Shown: positions 37,612 through 47,071 of the stretch, in pieces
Numbering within the stretch: position 1 is the first letter of the stretch
How the letters are laid out: every line of letters starts with the position of its first letter
From: a virus
Lineage: Duplodnaviria > Caudoviricetes
IMG/VR virus record: IMGVR_UViG_3300009788_000146
Span: 1-47,071 of that record
Direction: 5' to 3' (one strand)
Length of the DNA: 47,071 bases
The notes under the pieces: model-generated
Told to the model about the DNA's origin: nothing
Seen by the model: the letters and a program-made list of their open reading frames with translations, nothing else
Databases searched by the model: none
Translations under genes and position numbers: made by a program

Positions 37612-37989
37612 TCATTCAGGTAGGGTATAACCCAGCTCGGCGAGCAGGGCTTTCTTACTTTCCTTGGACATCGTGGCCAGAAGTTCTTTACCAGATGGTT
37701 CCTTGACTCCTTTCTTTGGTACGCCAGAACGTCCTTTTGGAATCTTTTTAACCTTGGTATGGTCAGCCAGAAGAGCATCCAGTCTGCGGTGGTGGTCTGC
37801 GACTTTTAAGAATGCGGCTGCTTTCTTATGGTAGAGTTCCCGAGCTTCATCGACCGCTGGTTTCATCGCTCTGAGTTGCACATGCATTCGGGCAATTTCT
37901 TCCTTCAATGTTTCGATACGATCGGCATCCATTCGTTCGCTCCTGGGAACTAAGGGAAATTTCCTAACTCGAAATTCATCATACCACAC
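37612..37989 (-). CDS. Coiled-coil basic hypothetical protein (start may be 37932)
   Basis: ORF track. Confidence 0.65.
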   Translation of the reverse strand: MWYDEFRVRKFPLVPRSERMDADRIETLKEEIARMHVQLRAMKPAVDEARELYHKKAAAFLKVADHHRRLDALLADHTKVKKIPKGRSGVPKKGVKEPSGKELLATMSKESKKALLAELGYTLPE

Positions 37990-38013
37990 CCGTTTAACAG
38001 ATGCAACAAGTCT

Positions 38014-38310
38014 TTAATGCCCGGTTAGGTCCACGTCAAAAGATTCTTTGGGTTCAGGGTTGGCAAGATCTTCGTTGAGTAGCTCACACATACGGAGTTG
38101 AGTAAGGGCTTCTGTAAGTCCACGTTTAAACACATCCTTGCGTTCGTTCAGATCTTCCATGTATGCGTTGAAGGCCATCATCTCTGTACCTGACATTACT
38201 ACCACGGTTTCATCGTTGGTAGGCCCAGGATGGACAGTCATACTTTGAGAACGACTAACAGCAAAAGCCAGTGAGAAAAGTATGACAGCCAAGACAGCTA
38301 GTTTAAGCAT
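38014..38310 (-). CDS. Exported/membrane-anchored hypothetical protein
   Basis: N-terminal signal peptide MLKLAVLAVILFSLAFA. Confidence 0.7.
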   Translation of the reverse strand: MLKLAVLAVILFSLAFAVSRSQSMTVHPGPTNDETVVVMSGTEMMAFNAYMEDLNERKDVFKRGLTEALTQLRMCELLNEDLANPEPKESFDVDLTGH

Positions 38311-38324
38311 AGTGTATTTCCTTT

Positions 38325-38349
38325 CCTTCGGTTAAAAATTAACGGTAGT
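38325..38349. promoter_or_regulatory. 25-bp palindromic motif, copy 8
   Basis: CCTTCGGTTAAAAATTAACGGTAGT. Confidence 0.85.
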
Positions 38350-38849
38350 TAGAATGGGATATCGTCTTCTTTGCAAAGTTTCCCACACTTAGGGCATACG
38401 CCATCCCAGCCATGGTACAGTTGCTCGTGGCAACAGTCAGAGAAGCCACGCTCAGGTTGTTGGAGAATCTGTTCAACCATAGTCTCAACAGGCTCAGGGT
38501 GAGGTGTAGGCATAGGAGCAGGCATCAAGTGTATCCGCTCCTCAATCATCCCAAAGATTAGCAAGGAATAGATCCTGATATCCCCTAGCTTCTCTTTCCA
38601 GAACTCACGAGGCATTATGTGGCCGGTGGGTAGCTTGGAGATAGCAGCTTGGGTTGCCTCAAGGTGCTTGACCATAGCATTCCATGCAGCAGCTTCGGGA
38701 GTGTTCCCTTGGGCAAGCATAGGAGCCATGTTGTTAAAGTTACGGAACCTATCGTGGGGTTCAGAATATTCTCTGCCTTTTTCAATCAGAGTGCGACCTT
38801 CGTGCTGGTGATTCTTCAGGACGAGTTTGTCAAAGTCATCAACATGCAT
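38349..38849 (-). CDS. All-alpha nucleotide-modification-associated/MazG-like domain with C-terminal Zn ribbon
   Basis: KG-x-EY...D-x-F-x-NF...KH...D-x-x-x-Y pattern. CC...CPKC. DDIPF tail. Confidence 0.5.
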   Translation of the reverse strand: MHVDDFDKLVLKNHQHEGRTLIEKGREYSEPHDRFRNFNNMAPMLAQGNTPEAAAWNAMVKHLEATQAAISKLPTGHIMPREFWKEKLGDIRIYSLLIFGMIEERIHLMPAPMPTPHPEPVETMVEQILQQPERGFSDCCHEQLYHGWDGVCPKCGKLCKEDDIPF

Positions 38850-38850
38850 C

Positions 38851-41800
38851 TTAACTTCCCTTCTTAAAGTGCGCAATCTGATGCTGCGCGAACTGTTTAT
38901 AGTGCGCCTCGATGGCTTGAGACATTACACGCCCGATAGATATTTCATCTGAGCATGTGTAAACACTAGTAAAATCGTCAGAGTGTACACGTAGTGTGAT
39001 TGAATAACCGTTCATGGATTCGTAGGTTATATTAACACTAGGATGCCGCATCTTCTTTTGTCTCCTTTTTTATTGGCGCAGAGTTATCAATGTAACTTCC
39101 ATGCCTACCTTCGCAAACCTCACAGGTTACACCGATAGTATGCCAGCGGTCAGGTGTGCCCTTAGGCTTCTCGGTGTAGCGGATGGCGTACTTAGGATGA
39201 TGGGGCTTTATCTCGAAGCCGCAATAGTAGCAGACATCCTGCTTGTCTAAGTCCTTCTCATTCCGCCGCTCACGACATGTTAAGCAGGCATGAGTATGAG
39301 GGGTGCCGGGATAGTGTCCAGGCTTCCAGATATGTTGGCATACTTTCTCACGTAGACTCATCCAGGATGCCTTTCGTTTAAGCGCTGATTATGTAGCTTA
39401 ACAGCTTGGAAGCACCGAGCGGCAGTCTCAAAACGATGAACTAGCACACGACTACGCCCTTCGTTAGAGTTATAGAAGAAAACATAAGCTTCTCTATGCT
39501 CTCTTTCATTAAGTTCTGCAATGTGTTCCGGAGACCAGCGTTCAGTGCCTTTTGTTTTAAGGACTTGGCCAACTCTCCAGAAATTATTTGTGAATTCCTT
39601 TCTTCTGTCAATCACCAGATGCCTCCTTGAGAGCTGCTATCATACGTCTGAGAGAATCATCAAGAAGATCTCCAGCCCTAGCCCCTACTTCAAGTTTAAG
39701 AGCATCTTCTAATATCTGATTCTGCTCGCGGAGTTTAACAATATACCTTACTACATCCCGATCGTCCACATGTAACCAGTTACACATAGCACTATGAGAC
39801 ACATGCTCGTCCAATTTAAGACAGATTAATAAGCATCCGTCGCCATCAATGAAGTAGGCTTTAGATAGATCTGGATTATGAGCTCTTCCATGCATTACCA
39901 GTTACCTCCCGCTGTGTCAGCCTCTCCGAAAGTACAAGGGCCGCACATCTTGGTTATAGGAACAGTAGGACGTTCACCGCAGCAGATACATTCTCCTGTC
40001 CAATCAGGAGCTGTCTCCTCAGGGTTCGTTACTGTCTCTGACTTGAGCAACTTCTGGGCTTTCTTCAGACGTTTCTTGCTCATCAGCGCCTCCTGTATCT
40101 GTAAAAAGAACACGTTCCACGTGAACATTTACCAAGGTTCCGTCAGGCAACTCAAGAATAGCCGTAGAAAAATTACCTGGCCCAGATTCAAATTCTTCGT
40201 AATCACATCCGAACTGGTGAAAAACTGCAGGAGTTTGTCCTGTTGCGCGACTGCAATTATCGTAATAAACTACAGGTCTTTTACTCATCCTTCACCAGCC
40301 CTTCTGGGACTACTCCCAAGTGTTCCTTCGTTTCAGCGTCGTCCTGCTGTCTACGCGCCAGTTCTTCTCTAAACGCAACTGGGTCGAAAGTCTCGGTAGT
40401 AACACGCGTCCCAGCTGTTGATGCAGGCTGGCGATCAAATCGTATATCCTCTTGAGACAACGCATCAATGAGTGTCTTGTTATTTCTTCGTTTAGAACCC
40501 AGTATGTTAACAATACCGTTGTTCTCCAAGTATTCAATAGCTTCTGCCGTTGTTTCAACACGTTTGGTTAACTCCTTAGACACAGCCATGTCGGCTAAGA
40601 TACCCACTGCTGCACTCACTACGCTGGCCACAGAAGTTAACGTATACCCCTGTGCGGTGAGCAAAGCATGGGCCATAGCCAAGTCTCTCGCATCACATCG
40701 GATTGTGGATACGAATGTGTGTACCTTATCACCAGCCATAGCGAGGATACCTCAAAGGGCTTTTCAACAAAGCTCTCTGGCCATTCATAGATGCGACAGC
40801 CGCTAAGTGGTCGATATGCACTACTTGGTAGTTACCCCGATCAGCGAGAGCTTCACAGAGGACATACTTACTCCAAGCTACGGCAGTGTCCACAGCCCGC
40901 ACTAGAGTAAAGGTCTCGAAACTTGCAGAAGGATCTTGTGATGTTAGTATTAACAAGTCGTTGCATTTAAACATGGCTGCTTCCTTTCAGATAGCGCAGC
41001 AAACACTTCATTGGGCCATAGGTTGAGCGTACAAACTCTTTACCCAAAGAACTTTTCTGCGAGTTCTCGATACGCTCAAGGGTGACAAGCATCCCTGAAA
41101 GGACAAAGATACAGCCTGTCCTAGTGAGGGGTTTGTTATTCTTTTTCTTAGCCATCGTGAACCTCCATCAGTTTCCAATAATAATTCTTAGGCCGTGCAG
41201 TACTGGCACAAACCAGCATCCCCTGCCCACCTTTAGGACATTTCCTATTGCGATACCAGCACTTGCCGCAAGCAGGAAGACCATTATCTGTAGGGACTAA
41301 GTCAAGTTTATACCGCTTGCCCGCCATTAAGTGCCTCCTCTTGACAGCAAGGCATAGCTTCCTCAGGAACACCGCAAGGACCGTTATGATCTCCAGCACA
41401 TTGTCCCTGACAATCTTGCGCAAGTTGTTCTTTCCGCCATAGACGACGTGCTTTCTTACTCATGCGCGGAGGCTTGCAAGCGTTGACGATGGTTCCACCC
41501 TTGTTAATGACATCATAGTTCTGGCCATCATTAGTGGATAGCTTACCATCTTTAACAACAGGATGATAGCAGAGCTTGCCGTCAGACTTAGCGCGGCTAA
41601 ATTCAGCAGGAGTCATATCCTTCACGGACTTGCGCTCTTTCCTCACTGTAAGATCTTTACCCTTCATCGTCATGCCTCCACCGTTTGATGTTAAGACCGA
41701 GTTCAATAGCCCTCGAATCGTTTAGTCTGTGCAGATAATCACAGTGTGAATCTAACTGCTGGATTGTCATACGAGCATAAACAGTTCCACAAAACGTCGT

Positions 41801-44027
41801 GGTAAGATTAGTAAGTGTCCGACGACTTTCCTCAATTATGCCTCGGTCGTGGTGCCACCGATTTTCAAATTTCTGTTTATCGGTCAGCATTTACAGCCTC
41901 CAGTTCAATTCTGATACCTTCGCTAAAGATTCGTGCGCGATCATCGTCGTAGGCATACAGGCAGGCAGTAATAGCCATGACAATCACTATCAGTATCACT
42001 ACGCTGGCTTCAGACGAGCAGCCCAACCACTTTGGAAAACGCATAGAATAATCCTACTATTAGGGTTAATACTACTATCCAACGGAAGCAGAGATATTGC
42101 CAGATCACAGCGCGCCTTTAACCAGAATGTGCAAACGCTCTGTCTCAACCTTGACCTTATCAAGAGCCTCTATACGCATATCATCAGAGTTTTTGATAGC
42201 CTGCTTGCTGGTGTTAGGCATCTCACAGAGATCTTCATGAAGCATTTCAGTGGACAATTGATCACTGCAAGCCTCCATTAAGGGCCAGATAAAATCCATG
42301 ACAGCATCCATAGGTTTGGTAATATTCTCTATTACCTGAGTTTCGAGGGCTTCTTTAAGCTTCTGCTTTTCCATCAGATCATCTCCAATTCCTCAAGTAC
42401 CTCACGAAGGAATATCTTCATCTCGTCAAGGTTCTTGATCTCTTCAAGCTTCGTTAGCCAGGCTGAATGCCCTGCCTTGATATCTGCGCAAGCGCCACAG
42501 AGAACATTACCTTTCTTGATTACATTCCCACAGCGGCACTTGCTCATCTGGGCCGTATGCGCTTGCCGTTCTTTACGCTTTAGTAAGCAAGTAGGGCAAA
42601 GCCGTTCAGACCCGACCCGCTGTACGGCATAGTCAAGGCAACGAGAACAGATGATCTTTTTACCGTGGCGGTCAGTTAGTTCCTTGACCTCAGCAGAGCG
42701 TTGGACTCTGATGTTCTGCCCGATGTTGATGCCGCTTTTGAGTTTGTCACTCATAGCTCTACATCTCTATCGCAAGTGTCGCAGCGATATTTTGAGTTTT
42801 CGCAAGCAGAGCAAGGAGGCATAGATGTGGCATTACAGTAACAAGGTTCATTATAGGTCTCAATGATTCCCTTGCAGCCATCCACGTTGCAGGTCTCGTC
42901 TGCATCAGTTCCCGGAGAGACACGCTCCAGCAAGACATCAGTCTTACCTGTCCAACCGATAGGGCAGTCCCCAGCAGCTACCATAGTACCGCGCTTTACA
43001 TCTATAGCGTGGGCGCTGCGACCGATAACCTTGGCTATCTCGTGGTCGGTTAAGGTTCTATCCCATAGCCAGCGGATTTCATGATCTTCCCAGAGTTCTC
43101 CGTGGCGGGGAGCATAGGATGTTCTATCTCTCCTAGCTTTTTCACTCTCAGTTTTAGCAAGCCTTTGGGCTGCATTTAGTTGTCTGCTCATAACTCGTGT
43201 CCGTTCTCACAGATGCGACCATCTGGTGTTGAGGTTACTTGCGTATGGCAAATAGGGCACGTGTCACAAAGGTCAAGCAACGCCTTGGCAGAGAGAGCCA
43301 GAGGTATTGTATACACTTTGTAGCGCGTACCGTTCCAAGCGCACAGCATGTTAGGATCAAGGAGTGACCAACCAAAGGGAGGACTATCATCGGAATGCTT
43401 GCGGGAGTTATCCCAATCTCTTGCGTGTTCAGAGCAGGCCTTTGCGAAGATCTCGGCTGTCTGCTGAGTACGAAAAGCCCTAACCGTCCACTTACGGTAG
43501 GTGTTGTTAGAATAGACACCAGTCCTGCCCATGACGATGTGGAGTAGTTCACTCTCATCAGGCAGAAGCTGGCGTTCCCACTTATCAAGACTCAGGCCTT
43601 TGAGTTTATCGTCGGCTTGATCTTGAGGGCTGTTAGCGAGTATCTTCAAGAGTGCCTCCATAGTTTCTGGCATGTTCTTCGTAAATTGCCAGATCTCTTG
43701 CGTCGTCAGCCAGATTTTCACCCTTCGAGCCAGGAGCACAGTTGTGTTCGCCATCAGAGGCTTCCACTATACTGTGACAGAAAGGGCAGAAGTTGTAGTC
43801 TTCACTTGGCATGGCTACTCCTTTACTCCAGAGTCAAGAGTGGCAAAGACGCGATTCGTACAGATTCGATGTAGCTCGCGCTGTGCGATGGCAGCCAACT
43901 CCTCTGGATGTTCGTCAGTGATGTGTTTGCAAAGAAGCTGTGTACACGGATAGAAGTATTCATCTGTGATGACCTTCTTGCAGAACTGGCAGGTACCTGA
44001 ATAGGCTGATATGTGCGTCTTAGGCAT
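38851..44027 (-). other. Cluster of about 17 small, tightly packed early/middle hypothetical genes, many Cys-rich Zn-finger-like (e.g. 39038-39361, 39895-40083, 41148-41327, 42374-42754, 42751-43191, 43188-43754, 43815-44027)
   Basis: Co-oriented ORFs with ATGA/TAATG coupling and SD sequences. No recognisable families. Confidence 0.7.
42751..43191 (-). CDS. HTH (W-x-x-x-E...IAK-x-IGRS-x-x-AI) plus Cys-rich Zn-binding domain
   Basis: Motifs in the translation. Confidence 0.55.
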   Translation of the reverse strand: MSRQLNAAQRLAKTESEKARRDRTSYAPRHGELWEDHEIRWLWDRTLTDHEIAKVIGRSAHAIDVKRGTMVAAGDCPIGWTGKTDVLLERVSPGTDADETCNVDGCKGIIETYNEPCYCNATSMPPCSACENSKYRCDTCDRDVEL

Positions 44028-44047
44028 CGCATAGTATCCTTTCGTTT

Positions 44048-44072
44048 CCTAGCGTTAAATATTATACAAAGG
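44048..44072. promoter_or_regulatory. 25-bp palindromic motif, copy 9
   Basis: CCTAGCGTTAAATATTATACAAAGG. Confidence 0.85.
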
Positions 44073-44105
44073 AAAGCAGCCCCACCTGTGAAGGCAGGGC
44101 TCTTT
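44073..44105. terminator. Terminator-like hairpin
   Basis: AGCCC...GGGCT stem flanked by A-rich and T-rich sequence. Confidence 0.5.
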
Positions 44106-44876
44106 GTTATTGTTATTCAGTTACAAACTCTTCTGCATGTTGCTTAGCAGAGAACATGCCAGCCCAGTGGTAGAGGTTACCCTGTGCTGCGATCTCCAGG
44201 CGACGTTCAAAGGCGTTGACCTTCTCTCGCAGCATACGATAGCGGCCAGGAAGTGTCAGAATGCCGAGCTTCTCGACCTTGGCGATGTCCTTACGCGCAC
44301 GACGCAGAGCACGCTTGACTTGAGAGAGAGTCATCTTACCGGCATGATAGTCACGGCCTGTTACTTTAACTGTTCCCATCTTAAGACTCCTTAATCCAAG
44401 TGATGAAGACCCTTGCAAAGAGGTTTGGCGATCCTTCAATCAGTAAGTCTCCGACAAAGCAACCCTGCTTAGGGCACCACTTGAAATACTTACCGACTGT
44501 AAACTCTTTGCCGATATGTCTCTCAAGGTAAGCCTGTCCATAGTGAGGACCAGTCTTATGGAAGCCTCGAAGAATACACTTACGACCTTTGTATTTTTCA
44601 AACTTTTCCATGCCTAGAGTCCTCCATTTGGCAGTTGCAACACTTTACCGCCATGATCCAAGTAGGACGTAATAGCATCGTCACACTGGTAGCCCTTCTT
44701 AACATTACGTTTGATATGCTTCAGAAGGCGCTTCAACTTATTCCGTTGAGTTATGGCGATGCCTGCGGCACCGCTTCTGTAGGAACCTTTACCAGACCGG
44801 CGTGGTCGCCCTTTGGCGGCTTTCTTCTGGGCTGTAGCAGCGAGTGCTTCAAGTCGAATGGACATGAGTGGAGCCT

Positions 44877-44970
44877 TTCCCCCGACGAACGGGTGGAAGT
44901 GCGGATTATTCCGCCTTACTTAGTACAAGGAGTACATACCGAAATATGTACCCATTCTACTAAGTAAAGG
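44877..44970. other. Three consecutive stem-loops in an intergenic region
   Basis: 44877-44898, GCGGA/TCCGC at 44901-44914, and TTACTTAGTA/TACTAAGTAA with inner GTACATA/TATGTAC at 44916-44967. Confidence 0.7.
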
Positions 44971-46080
44971 TTACTTGCGATCGCCACTTTTGCCGAATGT
45001 CGGACGATTCTTAGGCCTGTACCCTCGACGTGCATATTCTCCCACGTTATCACCTCCCTTCTTTATTAATTATTCTGCTTCGTGTTCTTCAAGGTGTAAG
45101 CGCAGAGTCTGGTTGACATTCTCCAGTTCGTAGCGCAGGTTGCTGTTCTCATCAGAGACGCGATTGATATCTGAATTGGCATTACTTAACTGTTGCCGTA
45201 GATTGCGAATCTCATCCAGTTCGTACAACCGACTCTCAATGCTGCTGAGTTTGCGTTCTATATCGTTGAGACGCCACTCTTCGCGAATGTCTCCGCTCAT
45301 GATAGTATCCTTGGCGACCAAGTGTACATGCTGAAAGAAAGTATCTCCAGATCCTTGAGCAGCCCTTTACGGATCATATGCTTAGCGGCAATCAAAGCCA
45401 TTTCGCGCTTGTAGATAGCCATCTGAGCCTTGAGTTTTTCAACGTCTTCACGCATCTTAGTACCTTTCGACTACCAGTGACAGTAATGTTCGGCAATTGC
45501 AGTTATGTATTGCTTTCTACATTTCCCGGAACATACGTGGCCGTTCTGCATGTCAATAGGGTTGCGACAAACCGAGCCACAATTAAGACATATTTTTACT
45601 CTTCCTCGTCCCATCTCAGTGGCCCTCACCTTCGTCGTTCAAGTGGAAGTCGTAGAGCATCTGGAGGACGCGGAGCTTTTCAGCACGGATAGCGTGTAAC
45701 ATACTACTAGCGTCGCAGTCTCTTAAATGTTCCTCTGCCTGTTTGATAATGGTCATAAGAATAACTTTATCATGCTCATTCATAACAGTTCATATCCTTT
45801 CTTGGGGCGCATATCGCAGATCGAATCTGCCTTATGGGTTCTACCGTTCCACCAGCGGAAGTTAAAGTCATCCCAGAAGATGTACGATCCTTCTGGAGCA
45901 GGTACATAAGGGTGGGTTACCTTCTTATGTTCCAGGATAGCAATACAAGCCTCGTAGCGAGTCATAGTGGCAACCTCGCTACCACAGCCTGGATGTTATC
46001 CAATAGTGCCAAGCCTAGATAACTGGCAAGTATTGCGACGATTAGATAGTAGATAGTCATAGTCCAGTTCATCATAACCT

Positions 46081-46105
46081 CCTACGGTTAAAGTTTAACG
46101 GTAGT
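46081..46105. promoter_or_regulatory. 25-bp palindromic motif, copy 10
   Basis: CCTACGGTTAAAGTTTAACGGTAGT. Confidence 0.9.
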
Positions 46106-46916
46106 AATGTTGTTTCCTGAGGGGTGACATTTCTTAACACACAGTAGTTTATTTTGGTAACGGTATTCCGTGCCCCGACGCTATGACGCGTAGTGTCGCC
46201 ATTTATTGCCGATGATCGTGGTTCCGTATGCCTTTGGCTCTTAAGCCTTATACTGTAGTATGCTAATAGTGTTCATCCCCGAGGAAAGGCATTACCTTCC
46301 ATGTGCCATAGTTTGTCTCCTTATTCATTAGGTAGTTTATCACCTCTTATGTCGAGGCCAGTGCACTTCAAACAATCCTTATGGTCAGGGTCACAGTAAG
46401 TAGCCTCAGGACGGACACACTTCTTATTGGTATGCACAGTGTCGATGGCCTCAACTAACACACGCCGCAACATGGAGAGTTCCTCAGTGAGTTCCACAGC
46501 AGCAACAGTCGAGTCTGCTTTCAAATACATGCTTGTGTATCTCTTATCCAGTCGCATGATTAATCTCATTAGTGCTTTGATATCATCGCGTGTCATACAG
46601 TATCTCCATTCTCTTTATCTGCGCATACCTGGCACACATCTTCAAGTTGCCCATTCGGTAGAGCGTGTAACTTATCTTGTGCTACTCGCTCAAAACACAG
46701 ACAGCACTGTACTTTCCCATCAGGGCAGACAGGCCCATAGTGCTTTTGTCCACAGCATAATCTTGTAGGTGCGTCAGGCATACAGTACCTCCGGCTAGAG
46801 TGTGTGATATATCCACTTGGCTCATGCATAGTGCACTTCGTACAGTGGACACAATTTTCCCTATCATACGTGATAATAACATGACCCAATAATAGATGCA
46901 AGCACTCTTTTGAATA

Positions 46917-47071
<155 letters not shown>

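Larger units (their letters stand above)
44113..46596 (-). other. Cluster of small early genes (44113-44379, 44381-44611, 44614-44865, 44971-45045, 45070-45300, 45297-45455, 45471-45614, 45616-45783, 45780-45965, 45962-46075, 46321-46596)
   Basis: ORF track plus hand-translated sub-60-aa ORFs with SD sequences and overlapping start/stop codons. Confidence 0.65.

Noticed and set aside
33534-45909. Numerous + strand ORFs within the minus-strand arm
   Set aside because: They are antisense to well-packed, SD-led minus-strand genes and show no protein-like motifs.
45701-46055. Possible further gene-enclosing inverted repeat (CGTCGCA / TGCGACG)
   Set aside because: Only a 7-bp core with gapped flanks, and both arms lie in probable coding sequence, so likely chance.
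234-46105. Palindromic repeats as a CRISPR array or as att sites
   Set aside because: Copies are kilobases apart with no spacer periodicity. No integrase or cas operon is present; the Cas4-like gene belongs to the usual Sak4/SSB recombination module.

Overview
The window looks like an essentially complete ~47 kb tailed-phage genome of podovirus-type organisation, with both contig ends at or near poly-T tracts. Two transcription arms diverge from a pair of sigma70 promoters at about 1.46-1.82 kb. The + arm (1845-24310) holds an HTH/TerS-like gene, a holin-like membrane protein, a class-3 lipase, TerL, portal, scaffold, major capsid, tail/nozzle and receptor-binding genes, three ejection proteins, an M15 endolysin and a tiny lipoprotein. 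The - arm runs from about 1450 to 1 and, if the genome is circular, continues from 47071 to 24373. It holds many small early genes, an ATP-dependent ligase, a Cas4-like nuclease, a Sak4-like ATPase, an SSB, a ParB-methyltransferase fusion, dCMP deaminase, a DEDDh exonuclease, a UDG-PolA fusion and a DUF3987-like P-loop protein. I recognised no integrase, RNA polymerase, primase, tRNA or CRISPR array. The most unusual signals are non-coding: (1) ten copies of a 25-bp palindrome (CCTWCSGTTAAA-N-TTTAACSGWAGG), all at gene junctions, in a genome encoding a ParB-CTPase/HTH-methyltransferase; (2) back-to-back ~30-bp inverted repeats that loop out each of the first early genes; (3) an inverted, repeat-flanked poly-T structure across the contig ends. 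All functional calls come from motif recognition by eye; no database search was run.
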